Made by a program: the position numbers and the translations under genes
Notes under the pieces: model-generated
Databases searched by the model: none
Told to the model about the DNA's origin: nothing
Seen by the model: the letters and a program-made list of their open reading frames with translations, nothing else
Shown: positions 63,106 to 64,000 of the stretch, piece after piece
Layout of the letters: every line of letters begins with the position of its first letter
Numbering within the stretch: position 1 is the first letter of the stretch
Assembly: GCA_903889245.1 (NCBI GenBank)
Contig: CAISWQ010000038.1
Coordinates: 68,763 to 132,762, forward strand
Origin: an uncultured Lentisphaerota bacterium
GTDB lineage: Bacteria > Verrucomicrobiota > Kiritimatiellia > CAIQIC01
DNA length: 64,000 nt
Direction: 5' to 3'

Positions 63106-64000
63106 GGCACGGTGAGTTCGATGGTGGTGCCCGCGTTGGGCGCGCTGCGGATGTGCAAGTTGGCGTGGAGCGCGCTGGCGCGGGCGCGCATGCCGGGCAG
63201 GCCGAAGCCGCCGTGGTCGGAAGCCGGCGGGGTGGCGTCCAGTCCGCGGCCATCGTCGCTGACCGCCAGGCGCACGGCGGCTTCCTGATAGTCCAACGTC
63301 AGCGTGATTTTTTTGGCCTGCGCGTGGCGCACCGCATTCGTCAGGGCTTCCTGTCCGATGCGCAGGAGGTCGTTCTCCATCTGGGCCGGCAGCGGGCGTG
63401 GCGTGCCGCCCGGGCGGAACTCGAACGCGACAGCGCTGCCTTCGGTGAGCTGGCGGCCGAGCCGTTCGAGGGCTGCGCCGAGCGAGCCTTCTTCGAGCGC
63501 CTGCGCGCGCAGCGCCCAGACGGTGTGCCGTGCCTCGGCGAGGCTCTGGCGTACCAGTTGGCGCGCGAGGTCGAGATGGCGGCGCGCGGCGTCGGGGATT
63601 TCTCCCAGCCGGTCACCGAGCGCTTCGAGTTGGATGCTGATGCCGGCGAAGCCCTGGGCTAGGGTGTCGTGAATTTCGCGCGCCATGCGGTTGCGCTCGG
63701 CGAAGACCGCCGTGAACTGCGCCCGCGCCGCGGCCCGCGCCTGCCGTTCCTCGCGTAAGCGCCGCCACGCGCGCAACCAGAGCGCGCCGAGTGCGACGGC
63801 GAGGATGGCGGCGACGGCAGCGGCGATCCGCAGAGGTGTCCACCACGATGGCGCGGCCAGCAAGGTCACGTCGGCGAAGCCGCGCGCGAGCAGGATGAAG
63901 CCCTGCGGTTTGCGGTGCGTGACGAACGCCTCCCAACTCCCGACCTCGGCCTCGCAGACGCCGCGCACGGCCAGTTCGCTGCCGATACGCCACGGCAGTT
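63096..64000 (-). CDS. sensor histidine kinase (HisKA_3 plus HATPase_c), C-terminal part; N-terminus beyond the window end
   Basis: TM helix LRIAAAVAAILAVALGALWL. H-box ERNRMAREIHDTLAQGF. The ATPase region includes VSDDGRGL. The frame is open to the window edge. The gene overlaps the regulator start by about 10 nt. Confidence 0.8.
   Translation of the reverse strand, partial: LPWRIGSELAVRGVCEAEVGSWEAFVTHRKPQGFILLARGFADVTLLAAPSWWTPLRIAAAVAAILAVALGALWLRAWRRLREERQARAAARAQFTAVFAERNRMAREIHDTLAQGFAGISIQLEALGDRLGEIPDAARRHLDLARQLVRQSLAEARHTVWALRAQALEEGSLGAALERLGRQLTEGSAVAFEFRPGGTPRPLPAQMENDLLRIGQEALTNAVRHAQAKKITLTLDYQEAAVRLAVSDDGRGLDATPPASDHGGFGLPGMRARASALHANLHIRSAPNAGTTIELTVPHA

Overview
This is a GC-rich window of about 64 kb, with codon usage typical of a GC-rich PVC-type genome (possibly Verrucomicrobia/Opitutae-like; this is a guess). 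All convincing genes lie on the + strand from position 2 to 62297. Many have Tat (RRxFLK) or Sec signal peptides and several overlap by ATGA. Only the final two-component pair is on the - strand.

Gene content is a large sulfatase and glycoside-hydrolase cluster:
- three GH78 alpha-L-rhamnosidase genes (14780-17575, 47282-50512, 53747-56794) plus a GH78 C-terminal remnant (53401-53705)
- six sulfatase genes with C-x-P-x-R motifs, one of them a tandem two-domain fusion (23443-26292)
- a GH37 trehalase-like gene
- two pectin-lyase-fold beta-helix proteins
- two WbsX/GH99-like paralogs
- an esterase, a Gfo/Idh/MocA oxidoreductase, an HpcH/HpaI aldolase and a D-2-hydroxyacid dehydrogenase
- two neutral-ceramidase-like paralogs, one with an in-frame TAG, plus a C-terminal fragment
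- a PEP-CTERM protein
- a split two-component system (propeller/Y_Y_Y sensor kinase 7559-10588 and NarL-type regulator 10585-11223) at the start, and a second kinase/regulator pair on the - strand at the end

The most striking feature is a family of about 34 copies of a 19-21 bp perfect or near-perfect palindrome, consensus TTTTCCAAGSCTTGGAAAA. Copies occur in doublets or arrays of four to five, with a strict 31-32 bp centre-to-centre spacing. They sit directly upstream of, or inside the 5' coding region of, at least twelve genes. In four sulfatases the doublet is translated in frame as FPxLGK....FQxLEK between the signal peptide and the mature domain. A second conserved REP-like hairpin, GTAGGCCGCGTGACCTYACGCGGCGTC, lies 55-70 bp upstream of two of the four-copy arrays.

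Other oddities:
- a 1.19 kb lower-GC insertion carrying a DUF4143 AAA+ ATPase, flanked by a 10-bp direct repeat
- a roughly 6 kb lower-GC island of three secreted-protein genes
- two gene remnants

All functional calls are from motif recognition by eye and no database search was possible. Coordinates I derived myself (internal start codons and repeat boundaries) may be off by a few nucleotides.
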